A stretch of 43,219 bases of DNA, from the NCBI GenBank assembly GCA_964236955.1, contig CAXSGP010000013.1, positions 1 through 43,219 on the forward strand. The letters run 5' to 3'. The notes under the pieces are model-generated. The model was not told where the DNA came from and ran no database searches. It was given only the letters and a program-made list of their open reading frames with translations. The translations under genes were made by a program, and so were the position numbers. This document shows, piece after piece, positions 19,429 through 29,224 of the stretch. This DNA is from an uncultured Oligoflexus sp. Lineage in GTDB: Bacteria > Bdellovibrionota_B > Oligoflexia > Oligoflexales > Oligoflexaceae. Position 1 is the first letter of the stretch. Each line of letters begins with the position of its first letter.

Positions 19429-19895
19429 GGCTTGCGGAGCCACGGTTTAGGCTTTTTGCTCAGGCTCGCCCTTCGCGGGCTTGAGCGCCTGGCCAGGATT
19501 CGAAACAAAAGCATACCGCTGAGCATACTCGCGACAAAGATAAAAGGCCGCGCCTGCAAACCTGCAAGCGACACCACAGCCGGCCCCGGGCAAAAGCCTC
19601 CCAGACCCCATCCCATACCGAATAGGGCTGATCCGCAGACAAGCTCCGGACTGATGTCCTTACGCTGCGGCACATACCACTGGGTCTCGAGCAGTGGGGC
19701 GGGTCGCCTTATAATCAGTCGATACAAGAGAAAATGAACCCCTATGGCCCCCATCATGACGAAGATCAGAGTGGGCTGCCAGGCGCCAAAGACATCGAGA
19801 AAGCCAACGACCTTTTCGACTTGAGTCATCCCTGAAATCCCAAGCCCTAAAGCAAACAAAAGCCCGGCTCCAAAGGCTGCCAAAGAGTTTTTCAT
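19425..19895 (-). CDS. YeeE/YedE family sulfur-transport half protein
   Basis: LFALGLGISGM, FLD, FGMGWGLGGFCPGP. Confidence 0.88.
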   Translation of the reverse strand: MKNSLAAFGAGLLFALGLGISGMTQVEKVVGFLDVFGAWQPTLIFVMMGAIGVHFLLYRLIIRRPAPLLETQWYVPQRKDISPELVCGSALFGMGWGLGGFCPGPAVVSLAGLQARPFIFVASMLSGMLLFRILARRSSPRRASLSKKPKPWLRKP

Positions 19896-20317
19896 CCTAG
19901 GACCCCCAGGCTTTTAAAAATCGCGACAGAGGCGATCCCTGAAGCCATGAAGATCAACGTGGCAAGGATAGAGCGTTGGGACCCACGACTTATCCCGCAG
20001 ACGCCATGACCACTTGTGCAGCCGCCACCCCAAATCGTGCCGAAACCCACCAACAAGCCCGCCAGCACCACTGACCAAAGAGGGCTGGGCAGAGTGCTGG
20101 AGATAAGGTCAGGCCGCAGCATCTTTACAATCAAACCGCCCAGGAGCATTCCTGCAATGAAAAACCAGCGCCATAGGTTTGCCAGCCCGGGTTTATCCAT
20201 AAGCCCATTGACAATGCCGCTGATTCCCGCCACCCGACCATTCCAGTAGAGCATAAGGGAAACGGCCAGACCGATGAGAGTGCCGCCGATTAATGCATTG
20301 AGCCATTCGAGGGGCAT
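19892..20317 (-). CDS. YeeE/YedE family sulfur-transport half protein
   Basis: GRVAGISG, GGGCTSGHGVCGISR; 4-nt overlap with its partner gene. Confidence 0.9.
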   Translation of the reverse strand: MPLEWLNALIGGTLIGLAVSLMLYWNGRVAGISGIVNGLMDKPGLANLWRWFFIAGMLLGGLIVKMLRPDLISSTLPSPLWSVVLAGLLVGFGTIWGGGCTSGHGVCGISRGSQRSILATLIFMASGIASVAIFKSLGVLG

Positions 20318-20568
20318 GATGATCTCCTACTTGGAAACGATGGACTGGGGGCCAGCGCCCGGGATCTAGAGTCGGAACGAAAGGGCAGTTTTACATGAAC
20401 TTTTGATCCGATCCATAGTTTGTTAAATATCCGGCCTGTGAATCCCGCATTGCCTAAGCGATATCTTGAAAAGATTGGTTAAATTATCAACTGCCGACAC
20501 CCGGAAGATTGAGTTATAGTACTGGCGGACAAAAGCTTGGCATCGATTTGACGAAGGAGCGCCTCTCA

Positions 20569-21516
20569 GTGGTCACACTAACCCAGTTGGAATACATTGT
20601 GGCCGTTGAAAAATGGGGCAATTTCAGTGCCGCTGCGAAAGCATGCTTCGTGACGCAGCCGACGCTTTCCATGCAGATTCAAAAGCTGGAGGACGAACTC
20701 GGCGTCATGATTTTTGATCGCAGCAGGCAGCCCATCCAAGCGACGACGATAGGCCGTAAAATATTGGACCAAAGCCGCGTGGTCCTGAGTCAATCGGCTT
20801 TGATCCGGGAATTGATCACCAAGGAAAAAGATCTTATTGAAGGGGATCTGAGGCTGGCGATTATTCCCACCCTCGCGCCCTATCTCCTACCGCTCTTTCT
20901 GAATGATTTTGCCAAGCAGTTTCCTCAAGTCAGACTCTATGTCGAGGAGAGCAAGACTGATGATATTATCGCCGCTTTGCAGCAAAACCAGATCGATATC
21001 GGCTTGGTCGTGACACCACTGGAAGAAGCCCAGCTGAAGGAATATCCGCTCTTTCACGAACCTTTCTACGTCTACGCCTCAAAATCGAGCGACTTGGCCG
21101 GAAAACAAGCAATTGCCGAAGGGGATCTTCAGGACCAGGAGCTTTTGCTCCTCACTGAAGGACATTGCATGCGCGAGCAGATGCTCAAGGTCTGTCGACA
21201 GCGCAATAGCCGCCATAGTAATGTCCTGGCCCAAGTGCAGTTTGAAAGCGGTAGCATCGAGACGCTTTGCCATCTGGTGGAAAAAGGCAATGGCTATACC
21301 GTCATTCCCCATTTGGCGAAAACCTGGCAGGATTATCGCGACGGTAAAATCATCCCTTTCATTAAGCCAAGTCCAAGCCGTGAAGTGAGTCTGGTGGTTC
21401 ATCGTAGTTTTGTGCGGGAATCCATGCTTAAGGCTTTGGCAGACTGTATTAAAAATGCCCTGCCGCAGGAATTGCGCGCTCCAGGGGCTGATGTTACCCG
21501 AATTGGGATACGGTAA
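20569..21516 (+). CDS. oxyR: Hydrogen peroxide-inducible LysR regulator OxyR
   Basis: HTH with CFVTQPTLS; redox Cys pair EGHCMREQMLKVC; next to ahpCF; GTG 20569 after AAGGAG. Confidence 0.88.
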   Translation: MVTLTQLEYIVAVEKWGNFSAAAKACFVTQPTLSMQIQKLEDELGVMIFDRSRQPIQATTIGRKILDQSRVVLSQSALIRELITKEKDLIEGDLRLAIIPTLAPYLLPLFLNDFAKQFPQVRLYVEESKTDDIIAALQQNQIDIGLVVTPLEEAQLKEYPLFHEPFYVYASKSSDLAGKQAIAEGDLQDQELLLLTEGHCMREQMLKVCRQRNSRHSNVLAQVQFESGSIETLCHLVEKGNGYTVIPHLAKTWQDYRDGKIIPFIKPSPSREVSLVVHRSFVRESMLKALADCIKNALPQELRAPGADVTRIGIR

Positions 21517-21606
21517 AAGCTCTTTCCTTCATCAGCTTCAGAAGGGAAAGGTCCGGATTTGAAACTCTCGAGCCAAGTCCAGGCCTTGACCCGCAGCGCC
21601 AAGCCC

Positions 21607-23154
21607 TTACTTCCGCATTTGATCTTCAAATGCTGTCAAAGCAACTTTTGCCCCTTCGCCCATCGCGATAACAATCTGTTTGAAAGGCACTGTCGTGACA
21701 TCGCCCGCCGCATAGACGCCAGCTGCCGAGGTGCGGCCTTTCGCATCAACGATGATCTCCCCGAACTTATTGACTTCCACGAAATCTTTGACAATCGCAC
21801 TATTCGGCGATAGTCCGATCTGCACGAATATCCCGTCGAGATCAATCGTCTGTTCCTGTTCGGTTGCCCTGTCCTGATACTTCATGCCGATGACTTTCTC
21901 ACCGTTGCCAACGACCTGAGAGGTCTTTGCACTCATGACGACCGAAACATTGGGCAGGGACTTGAGCTTTTTGACGAGGATATCATCCGCTTTCAATTGA
22001 TCAAGGAACTCGAAGAGCACGACTTCCCGGCAAATACCCGCAAGGTCGATAGCTGCTTCCACGCCCGAGTTTCCGCCCCCGATCACAGCAACTTTTTTGT
22101 TCTTGTAGTAAGGCCCATCGCAGTGCGGGCAGAATGCAACACCGCGGCCGATGTAATCCTTCTCACCAGGAATTCCCAGTTCTCGCCACTTCGCGCCGGT
22201 GGCGACGATAAGCGAGTCGCAGGTAAAAAATTCCCCGCTATCGAGGCGAAGGCTTTTCTTTTCGCCATTTTCGATCGCATTCACCCGGCGGTGCTCGAGG
22301 ATTTCGACGGGATAGGCTTTTAAATGCTTATAGAGATTCGCAGCCAGTTCGGGACCTTCGGTGTAGACCACCGAAATCAGATTCTCGATGCTTTTGGTTT
22401 CCTGCAGCTGACCGCCCAATTTTTCGGCAACCAAAATCGTCTTAATACCTTTACGCACACTGTAGATCGCCGCCGCAGCACCCGCTGGACCACCGCCCAA
22501 CACCGCCACCCCGAAGTGACCAAGGTCCTGTTCTTTTACCGGAGCCGAGGCATCGCCATATTTTTCTTCAAGTTTGCCGATCAGTTCCGCAAGATTGCCC
22601 CGTCCGGAGTGAATCATTTCGTCGCCAACCCAAACACTTGGCACGCCCTGGATTCCCAGTGCCTCCAATTCCTCGGGCACATGCCCCCCATCGATCATCG
22701 TATGCGTGATGCCGCCGCCATGGGCCAACACAATCTGGTTGAAAGCCTGTACGATCGTCGGGCACTGCTCACAGCTCAAAGAAATATAGCTGCGAATATC
22801 CAAAGGCGCCCTCACTCGCTGAATACGCTGCACGAGCCCACTATCAGGCAACTTGCCCTTGCCGGCAGTGTTGAGCAGGGCCACGATCAAAGAGGTGAAT
22901 TCGTGACCGCCCGGAACGCCTTGAAACTTAATACCCGAAGGCTTTCCGTCCTTGTAGATGGCAAAGCGCGGGGTCGGTGCGGAATGATCGGAATAAGAGA
23001 CCTTGAGATCGCTGCTGGTCGCGGCTACATCGTCAAGCATCTCAATCAATTCAGCCTGCTTGTCGTGATCACTTCGATCAACGACGAACTCAATGCTATG
23101 ATTCAAGCCTTGAAAGATCGATTCAAGTTGTTTTCTGATGCCTTCTTCCAACAC
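21607..23154 (-). CDS. ahpF: Alkyl hydroperoxide reductase subunit F
   Basis: GHEFTSL, N-terminal CEQC, GGGPAG, CPHCDG, GGGNSG. Confidence 0.95.
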   Translation of the reverse strand: MLEEGIRKQLESIFQGLNHSIEFVVDRSDHDKQAELIEMLDDVAATSSDLKVSYSDHSAPTPRFAIYKDGKPSGIKFQGVPGGHEFTSLIVALLNTAGKGKLPDSGLVQRIQRVRAPLDIRSYISLSCEQCPTIVQAFNQIVLAHGGGITHTMIDGGHVPEELEALGIQGVPSVWVGDEMIHSGRGNLAELIGKLEEKYGDASAPVKEQDLGHFGVAVLGGGPAGAAAAIYSVRKGIKTILVAEKLGGQLQETKSIENLISVVYTEGPELAANLYKHLKAYPVEILEHRRVNAIENGEKKSLRLDSGEFFTCDSLIVATGAKWRELGIPGEKDYIGRGVAFCPHCDGPYYKNKKVAVIGGGNSGVEAAIDLAGICREVVLFEFLDQLKADDILVKKLKSLPNVSVVMSAKTSQVVGNGEKVIGMKYQDRATEQEQTIDLDGIFVQIGLSPNSAIVKDFVEVNKFGEIIVDAKGRTSAAGVYAAGDVTTVPFKQIVIAMGEGAKVALTAFEDQMRK

Positions 23155-23176
23155 GATCTCACTCCTGGGTATAGGC

Positions 23177-23201
23177 CCCAGAGGCCGGATGAGCCCCTGG
23201 G
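23177..23201. other. Intercistronic stem-loop between ahpC and ahpF
   Basis: CCCAG-A-GGC-N7-GCC-C-CTGGG; may stabilise or attenuate the ahpC message. Confidence 0.4.
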
Positions 23202-23210
23202 ATCTGAGGT

Positions 23211-23780
23211 TTAGATTTTACCGACGAGATCAAGACCTGGTTTCAAAGTGGCCTCACCCGGTTGCCATTTAGCAGGACAGACTTCGCCTTTGTGAGTGGC
23301 CACGAATTGAGCGGCCTGAATCTTCCGGATCAGTTCCGTCGCATTACGGCCAATGCCATTATCGTGGATTTCCGCGATCTTGATCAGGCCGTCGGGATTG
23401 ATTAAGAACGTTCCACGATAGGCCAATCCTTCCTCTTCGATATGAACACCGAAAGCACGCGTCAACAGTCCGGTAGGATCCGCAAGCATGGGGTATTGGA
23501 TTTTTTTGATCGTCTCTGATGTATCGTGCCAAGCCTTGTGAACAAAGTGGGTATCCGTACTTACCGAGTAGATCTCCACGCCAAGCTTCTTGAAAGTATC
23601 GTAACGATCCGCCATATCTCCAAGCTCTGTCGGGCAAACAAAGGTAAAGTCCGCAGGGTAGAAGAAGAGTACCGACCATTTGCCTTTCAGGTCATCCTGA
23701 GTGACGGTCTTAAATTCCTCTTTGTGATAAGCCTGAACTTTGAAATCCTGAATCTTTGAATTAATAAGAGTCGTCGCCAT
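23211..23780 (-). CDS. ahpC: Peroxiredoxin AhpC
   Basis: [13 protein letters not shown] and [17 protein letters not shown]. Confidence 0.97.
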   Translation of the reverse strand: MATTLINSKIQDFKVQAYHKEEFKTVTQDDLKGKWSVLFFYPADFTFVCPTELGDMADRYDTFKKLGVEIYSVSTDTHFVHKAWHDTSETIKKIQYPMLADPTGLLTRAFGVHIEEEGLAYRGTFLINPDGLIKIAEIHDNGIGRNATELIRKIQAAQFVATHKGEVCPAKWQPGEATLKPGLDLVGKI

Positions 23781-23874
23781 ATCTTACTCCTTAAGGGTGT
23801 TGCGGGTGCAAGGCCATCGGAGGCCTTGACTTCCTTTTGCTGACTTGCTCCCTGATAATCGGAAAAAAATCACA

Positions 23875-23919
23875 ATAAATCAAATCTATAATTATTATAG
23901 TGCCATAGATTTAATCTAT
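23875..23919. promoter_or_regulatory. OxyR binding site upstream of ahpC
   Basis: ATAA-N7-CTAT-N7-ATAG (23875-23900) plus a perfect ATAG-N7-CTAT (23905-23919), matching the OxyR consensus. Confidence 0.8.
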
Positions 23920-24080
23920 CATACTGAGTTTAAAGATTACAGCTACTTATCAAAATTTTGATGCAGTGCGCCAGCGCGCAAACGCCCTCCCGCCATCGCT
24001 TTTTCCTTCCAGCACCCTGGTCCAAATGACTTATAAACATGCTATAATGACTGGAACCTCCTTGGCCAGGATCCCTCATC

Positions 24081-25025
24081 ATGCAATCCATCGTTCTTTT
24101 TTTGATTTCTTGCCTTTTCTGGGTAGCCTGCAAGACGAGTACGAGGCGAGACGCCTCGGAATTAAATTCCAATCCAGGCCCAGCCTATGGAACGCTGGCT
24201 CAAGAACGGGTAAGGCTTGCCTTTGAGAATCTGGCCCTGGCGCTCAAGCGAGTTAATCCTGACCTGCTGCCAGCACAGACCGAGCCGCTGCTGGCGGCGG
24301 TAACCGCCCTTAACGATATGATCGACATCTTTGTCCACGTCCTGCCGATGCAGGACGACGCGGATCCTTATTTAAGCCTTCGCGCCACGCTCACTTCGGG
24401 CGCTGACTCCCTCACTCGCTTTCATGCCATCGGCACCCCCGCTGATTCGAAGCTTTATGCAAGCCTTCGTGCCCCAGTCCTCCGGTGGGTTGAGGAATTT
24501 GCCTCGGCGGCCAATCTCAGGGCGACCGAAGATTATCTCGAGTCCATGAATCGATCCCTAGCGACCCGGCGAACGATCGCCGTCCTGGAAAAAACCTGCT
24601 GGGGCGACGTCGACAATATTCCTGATCTGCGGGCGCCCGCCGGACGAGGCCTTAAGGAATTTATGAAAGCGCTCCTAAGCGCGTATCACATCGCGGCTGG
24701 ACAGGCTGTCGCCATTACCGAAATTTTGAGCGCCGAGCAAACCCCTGCTTTTCAAAGCACGCGCATCAAAGCACGCGCCATCGTAGCTATCGCCGAATAT
24801 TTTCCGGATTATTTTGATGGCGATTCGAACCTGCAGGGTCAACTCCCGCAGGTGCAAAGGCTCGTCGCTCGCTACGATATCGTCGGAAAATGGCTCAATA
24901 GGCGTGAATCGTTACTTAAGGCAAAGCATTTTGAAGAGGCCCGCATTCTGGGGGAGAAGATTAAACAGGAGTGGCAAGAAGTCAAAGTATGGCAAACTCA
25001 TGCGCCGAAAGTTTCCAAGCCATAG
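24081..25025 (+). CDS. Helical hypothetical lipoprotein (weakly CHAD-like)
   Basis: Lipobox WVAC; all-helical character; FQSTRIKARAIVAIAEYF resembles a degenerate CHAD helix. Confidence 0.7.
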   Translation: MQSIVLFLISCLFWVACKTSTRRDASELNSNPGPAYGTLAQERVRLAFENLALALKRVNPDLLPAQTEPLLAAVTALNDMIDIFVHVLPMQDDADPYLSLRATLTSGADSLTRFHAIGTPADSKLYASLRAPVLRWVEEFASAANLRATEDYLESMNRSLATRRTIAVLEKTCWGDVDNIPDLRAPAGRGLKEFMKALLSAYHIAAGQAVAITEILSAEQTPAFQSTRIKARAIVAIAEYFPDYFDGDSNLQGQLPQVQRLVARYDIVGKWLNRRESLLKAKHFEEARILGEKIKQEWQEVKVWQTHAPKVSKP

Positions 25026-25088
25026 CTTGAGCCGCTATCGGCCGGTAAGGTCAGGACCCCTAAAGGATTTATGCAATGCAAAGCCAAT

Positions 25089-26660
25089 TTATGATACTGC
25101 GACCAAAGCCTTGTTATCGGGCATGGCAATGGCCTTGAGTAGCAAGCTGCGCATAACTTCCGGGCTCCCCGAGAATTGCGAGGCGCCGAGCGCTGCTGCC
25201 TCGGCCGGCATACCAAAGACAACCGAACTCTTCTCATCCTGGGTGCAGGTCATAGCTCCCATTCTGCGAAGTTCCAGCATTCCTGCGGCCCCGTCTTTAC
25301 CCATACCCGTGAGAAGACAGACGAGTATCTTATCGCAACCTTCCCCTTTAGATGCTGATTCAAAAAGATAATCGACGGATGGGCGCACACTATGCCGCGG
25401 TGGATCAGAACTCATGGACAGAATGTACGATGCCCCATGCTTTCGTACCCCGACATGATAATCACCCCAGGACATATAGATATGATTTCGCTTGGCCTGA
25501 GAGCTTTCATGCGGATTTCCAGCCGTGAGCCCGGCGACCGTTGCCAGACGTTCGGCAAAGGAGCGGGCAAACGCGTGGGCAATATGCTGAACGATCACGA
25601 TCGGAGGACAATCAGCGGGCATATCCTTCAACAGCCGCTCCAGCGCATCCGTTCCTCCCGTGCTGGCACCAATCAGGATCAGATTGGGTCGGCATAGATT
25701 AAGATTTTCCCCAGCGACAGAAAAAGCGATCGGCGGTTTTTTGATACTGAGGGCCGCTCCCCCTTTGCTGGCCAAAACCTTTAGCGAAGCTGATTTTGCC
25801 GTCTGCACAGCGGGCACTTTAAGCGGCGCGATGGCCCTGTAGCAACTATTGCCAAGTCCTTCAAGATGGTAAGTCTTGGCCTCGATGGCTTCGCTATGCC
25901 CAAGCACCAGGGTACCGCCCGGGTTGAGGCGCTTGAGCAGACCATAAATGATGGATTGCACCATTTCCGGCTTAAAATAGATCAAAACATTACGGCAAAA
26001 GATCACCTGAAACTTTAGAAAAGCCGCTTCGCTTGGCATGAGCAGGGAGCGGACTTTGAAACTGCAGCGATCACGAATAGCTTTATCAAGAGTAAGCATA
26101 CCCTTGGTCTTGGCCGAACCCACCAGGACAAGACCATGATACGAAGCAGGGATGGAACTCAGCGCGGCATCCGGATAGATCGCGCGATTGGCCGTCTGCA
26201 CGCTCACAGGATCAACGTCCCAACCCTCGATACGATAATCGAAACTCGGACACTCGCTTTTCACCTTCTGTAAGACCAGGCCTATACTATAGGCTTCCTC
26301 GCCCGAGGAACAGCCTGCGGAAAGCACTGTGAATGCGCCTGCCTTATGACTCCCGTCACGAGCCCATTCCAAGGCAACGGCCCTGATCTTTTCAAGATGC
26401 ACGGCCTCACGAAACCATGAGGTATGATGAATCGTCAAGGCCGACACGAGACGCCCCAGTTCAGCAGGATCGGCTGCGACTTTGACAAGGTAGGAATTAA
26501 AATCCCGGACGTTGAGATGGCCCATGCGTCTGAGAATATTGACGATGCAAGATTCAAGGCGGGCGTCGGACTCCGGTTTTGAACCGGTCAGGCGCAACGC
26601 CAGCTCGGCGATCACCTGGCGCTCGGATACCTTGATTTCGGGCTGGGACGTTACTGCCAT
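25089..26660 (-). CDS. CheR methyltransferase-CheB methylesterase fusion with no receiver domain
   Basis: CheR motifs TSWFRE, SAGCSSGEEAYS, IFCRNVLIYF, LGHSE; then CheB triad GASTGG, VQH, LTGMGKDG and RPSVD. Confidence 0.92.
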   Translation of the reverse strand: MAVTSQPEIKVSERQVIAELALRLTGSKPESDARLESCIVNILRRMGHLNVRDFNSYLVKVAADPAELGRLVSALTIHHTSWFREAVHLEKIRAVALEWARDGSHKAGAFTVLSAGCSSGEEAYSIGLVLQKVKSECPSFDYRIEGWDVDPVSVQTANRAIYPDAALSSIPASYHGLVLVGSAKTKGMLTLDKAIRDRCSFKVRSLLMPSEAAFLKFQVIFCRNVLIYFKPEMVQSIIYGLLKRLNPGGTLVLGHSEAIEAKTYHLEGLGNSCYRAIAPLKVPAVQTAKSASLKVLASKGGAALSIKKPPIAFSVAGENLNLCRPNLILIGASTGGTDALERLLKDMPADCPPIVIVQHIAHAFARSFAERLATVAGLTAGNPHESSQAKRNHIYMSWGDYHVGVRKHGASYILSMSSDPPRHSVRPSVDYLFESASKGEGCDKILVCLLTGMGKDGAAGMLELRRMGAMTCTQDEKSSVVFGMPAEAAALGASQFSGSPEVMRSLLLKAIAMPDNKALVAVS

Positions 26661-26661
26661 T

Positions 26662-27138
26662 TCAATGGTTTCCTATCGAGGCTAAAGACTTCGCCAAAAT
26701 TGCCAGAGATACGATAGGAATGATTTGATTGTCGACCCTGGCAATCCCCAATTGAGCCGCTGCCGGAATAACCGCTTCCGTTAAAGGTTCACTGATAATG
26801 TAATCATCGTGAATCGTGACCGGCGAGTGCACAGTGTTAACAAGCAATCCCAACTTGGTATCTTCACCATCAAAAACGATGAGCTTGCTGCCGCCCCTGC
26901 CATCGACAGGGTCCATTCCCAGCCAGGTTCCAAAATCGATCACGCCGATAATCTGCCCTCTGAGGTTCGCAAGTCCCAGGAAAGAAGCAAAAGGATTCGA
27001 GACGCGCTTACAGGGGATAGGCTCGACAATTTCCCGTACCGAAAGGAGCGGCGTTGCCAGGCGCAGCGTTCCTACATCGAAGAGTATGTAGCGGACCTGT
27101 TCTTCCGCCTGAATGGCCCTATCATCGCTACTTGGCAT
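26662..27138 (-). CDS. cheW: Chemotaxis adaptor CheW
   Basis: VREIV, GLANLRGQIIGVID, GLLV. Confidence 0.9.
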   Translation of the reverse strand: MPSSDDRAIQAEEQVRYILFDVGTLRLATPLLSVREIVEPIPCKRVSNPFASFLGLANLRGQIIGVIDFGTWLGMDPVDGRGGSKLIVFDGEDTKLGLLVNTVHSPVTIHDDYIISEPLTEAVIPAAAQLGIARVDNQIIPIVSLAILAKSLASIGNH

Positions 27139-27142
27139 CGTT

Positions 27143-29224
27143 TTAGCCTACCTTTCGGAAACTGCTATCATCGGCACTCATAGTTTCGACAGGGTCGACC
27201 TCATGATTCTGGCTGACGATCTTGTCCATAAGTGAATGGCTGTCGATTTCCAGAGCTTCCTGGGTATTAGGGTTAGAAAATTCAGTCCTGGCGTTGAGAG
27301 TTTGGCTGGCCTTTTTCTTGCCGACGACGAGCTTGGATATCGACTGCGCTATGACTGTCAGCTTACGGCTCTGTCCGGAAAGTTGATCCGAAAGCAGGGC
27401 GGCAGTTTGAGCTGCACTATTGTTGCTTCGGGTGGTCTGATCCATTTGCAGCATGGCCTTGGAAATTTGTTCAATGCCGAACTGCTGCTCGCGGGCGGCT
27501 TCCGAAACGCTTTCGACCTGATCGGAAATCAAGACGATATCGCTGGCAATACCGCTGAAGATGGTTTGGGCCTGCTCGGTGACTTTCTTGCCATCAGCGA
27601 CCCGTTCCAGCGTCAGCTTAAGAATGTGAGCCACCTGCTTTTGACTGTCATCGATCAAATCCCGTATCCCTTTGGCTGCCTTGCCGCTGGTTTGCGCCAG
27701 ATTACCCACTTCTTCCGCCACCACTGCAAATCCCCGTCCATGCTGTCCGGCGCGAGCCGCCTCGATGGAGGCGTTAAAAGACAGAAGCTGGGTCTTTCCA
27801 ACAATGTCATTGATCATGTTCGTCTTGTTCGAGATCTCGTTGATGATATTCGAAATATTCTGTAACTGGGAATTCGCCTGCTGAATGCTGTCCATCGACA
27901 GGACCATCTTCTCCATCACACCGCAGCCCTCTTCAGCCTTTTGCGCCACACGACTGGCAAGCTGCTGGGAGTTCGAAGCCTGATCCGTGGTCCGGGCGAT
28001 CATACTGGCCATCTCTGACATCGAGGCACCGGTTTCCTGCAGAGCAGCGGCCTGCTCTGTTGAACCCGACGAGACCACCGATGAGGCTTGAGCCAGTTGG
28101 CTGCTCGATTGCAGAGCAGCTTCCGCCTGGGAAAGGAGCCGGGCCACGGCACTTCCGAAGGATCCACCCAGACGCCGCACCGTGACTAGGCTTAAAAAGC
28201 CCGGTATCAGCCAAACGAGAAGGGTCAACACCAAAGCCTGCCAGCGTTCCGCGGAATGTTTTGCGATGCGGATGTTGATAAGATCGGCGAGGGTCTCGGC
28301 CAATTGATCATAAAAGACCTGAGTAGATTCGAGAGCATCGATGGAATGGAGATAAAAGTCGGAATCAAACTCTAAAGGCTCGCCCTCGAGCCCTGTGTTG
28401 ATCGTCGCATTCAGAGAGCGCAGAAGCTTATCCTGAGTCGCTGTAAAGGCTTTCAACTCGCTCGGCAGTTCCTTTTGCATGGAGGCCAAAACTCCATAAA
28501 ATCCCTTGTCCTCATTTAAAGTCGTGTAAACACCGCTTTGTATATGGCTGACTAAATCTTCGAGGACATGGGTTTGTGTGGCAAGCTCGACAAGATATTT
28601 GCGTTTGGCTTGTTCACTGTCGCTGATTTTTGCATAGACCTGGCCAATTAAGTCTCTTTGACTTTCGATTAGGCGCGGCATGGATGTCGTGATGATATCC
28701 ATCAAGTAGTAGCTGTCCAGGTCGGGATCGAGGATGAGGTTTGAGCTGTCGGTCGCATGATTGATAGCTTTTATGAGATTGCCATAGAGCCTTGCGTAAT
28801 TAGCCGCCCGGCCCTCGGGCTTTTGGGCAACTTCCTGCCATTGAGCCTTCAACGCCCGATAGCTGGCCTGTACCCGGTTGCGATTGCTTAGATCCAGGTC
28901 AGTAAAGAGCAGTGCCTCGCCATATTTAAGATCCACCTCTTCAAGTTCTTTGAAATTATGATCGATTTGGCCTTCGATAAGCTCAGCTCGCGCCGCAACT
29001 TCGGGGACCGGGCTTTCCGAGAAAATTTTATGCTGACTCGACATCACCAGGATGCGGACAAGTATCTTACTATATTCGATGCCAGAATTTTCCTTGGTGC
29101 TGAATTCAACCTGATTGTTTTTTTCCTTGGTGAGAAAAAATATCAGCAGGGCACAAGGCAGAAGGTAGGCCAGATTCACAGTCAAAAGTTTTCTGGAGAA
29201 TGACCAATTGGAAGTTTTCATCAT
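27143..29224 (-). CDS. Methyl-accepting chemotaxis protein
   Basis: Two TM helices around a large helical sensor (SNLILDPDLDSYYL); signalling tip LLSFNASIEAARAGQHGRGFAVVAEEV; ATGA overlap with cheA. Confidence 0.94.
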   Translation of the reverse strand: MMKTSNWSFSRKLLTVNLAYLLPCALLIFFLTKEKNNQVEFSTKENSGIEYSKILVRILVMSSQHKIFSESPVPEVAARAELIEGQIDHNFKELEEVDLKYGEALLFTDLDLSNRNRVQASYRALKAQWQEVAQKPEGRAANYARLYGNLIKAINHATDSSNLILDPDLDSYYLMDIITTSMPRLIESQRDLIGQVYAKISDSEQAKRKYLVELATQTHVLEDLVSHIQSGVYTTLNEDKGFYGVLASMQKELPSELKAFTATQDKLLRSLNATINTGLEGEPLEFDSDFYLHSIDALESTQVFYDQLAETLADLINIRIAKHSAERWQALVLTLLVWLIPGFLSLVTVRRLGGSFGSAVARLLSQAEAALQSSSQLAQASSVVSSGSTEQAAALQETGASMSEMASMIARTTDQASNSQQLASRVAQKAEEGCGVMEKMVLSMDSIQQANSQLQNISNIINEISNKTNMINDIVGKTQLLSFNASIEAARAGQHGRGFAVVAEEVGNLAQTSGKAAKGIRDLIDDSQKQVAHILKLTLERVADGKKVTEQAQTIFSGIASDIVLISDQVESVSEAAREQQFGIEQISKAMLQMDQTTRSNNSAAQTAALLSDQLSGQSRKLTVIAQSISKLVVGKKKASQTLNARTEFSNPNTQEALEIDSHSLMDKIVSQNHEVDPVETMSADDSSFRKVG

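Noticed and set aside
22324..23214. 296-aa antisense ORF
   Set aside because: Shadow of ahpF
27236..27865. 209-aa plus-strand ORF
   Set aside because: Antisense shadow of the MCP signalling domain
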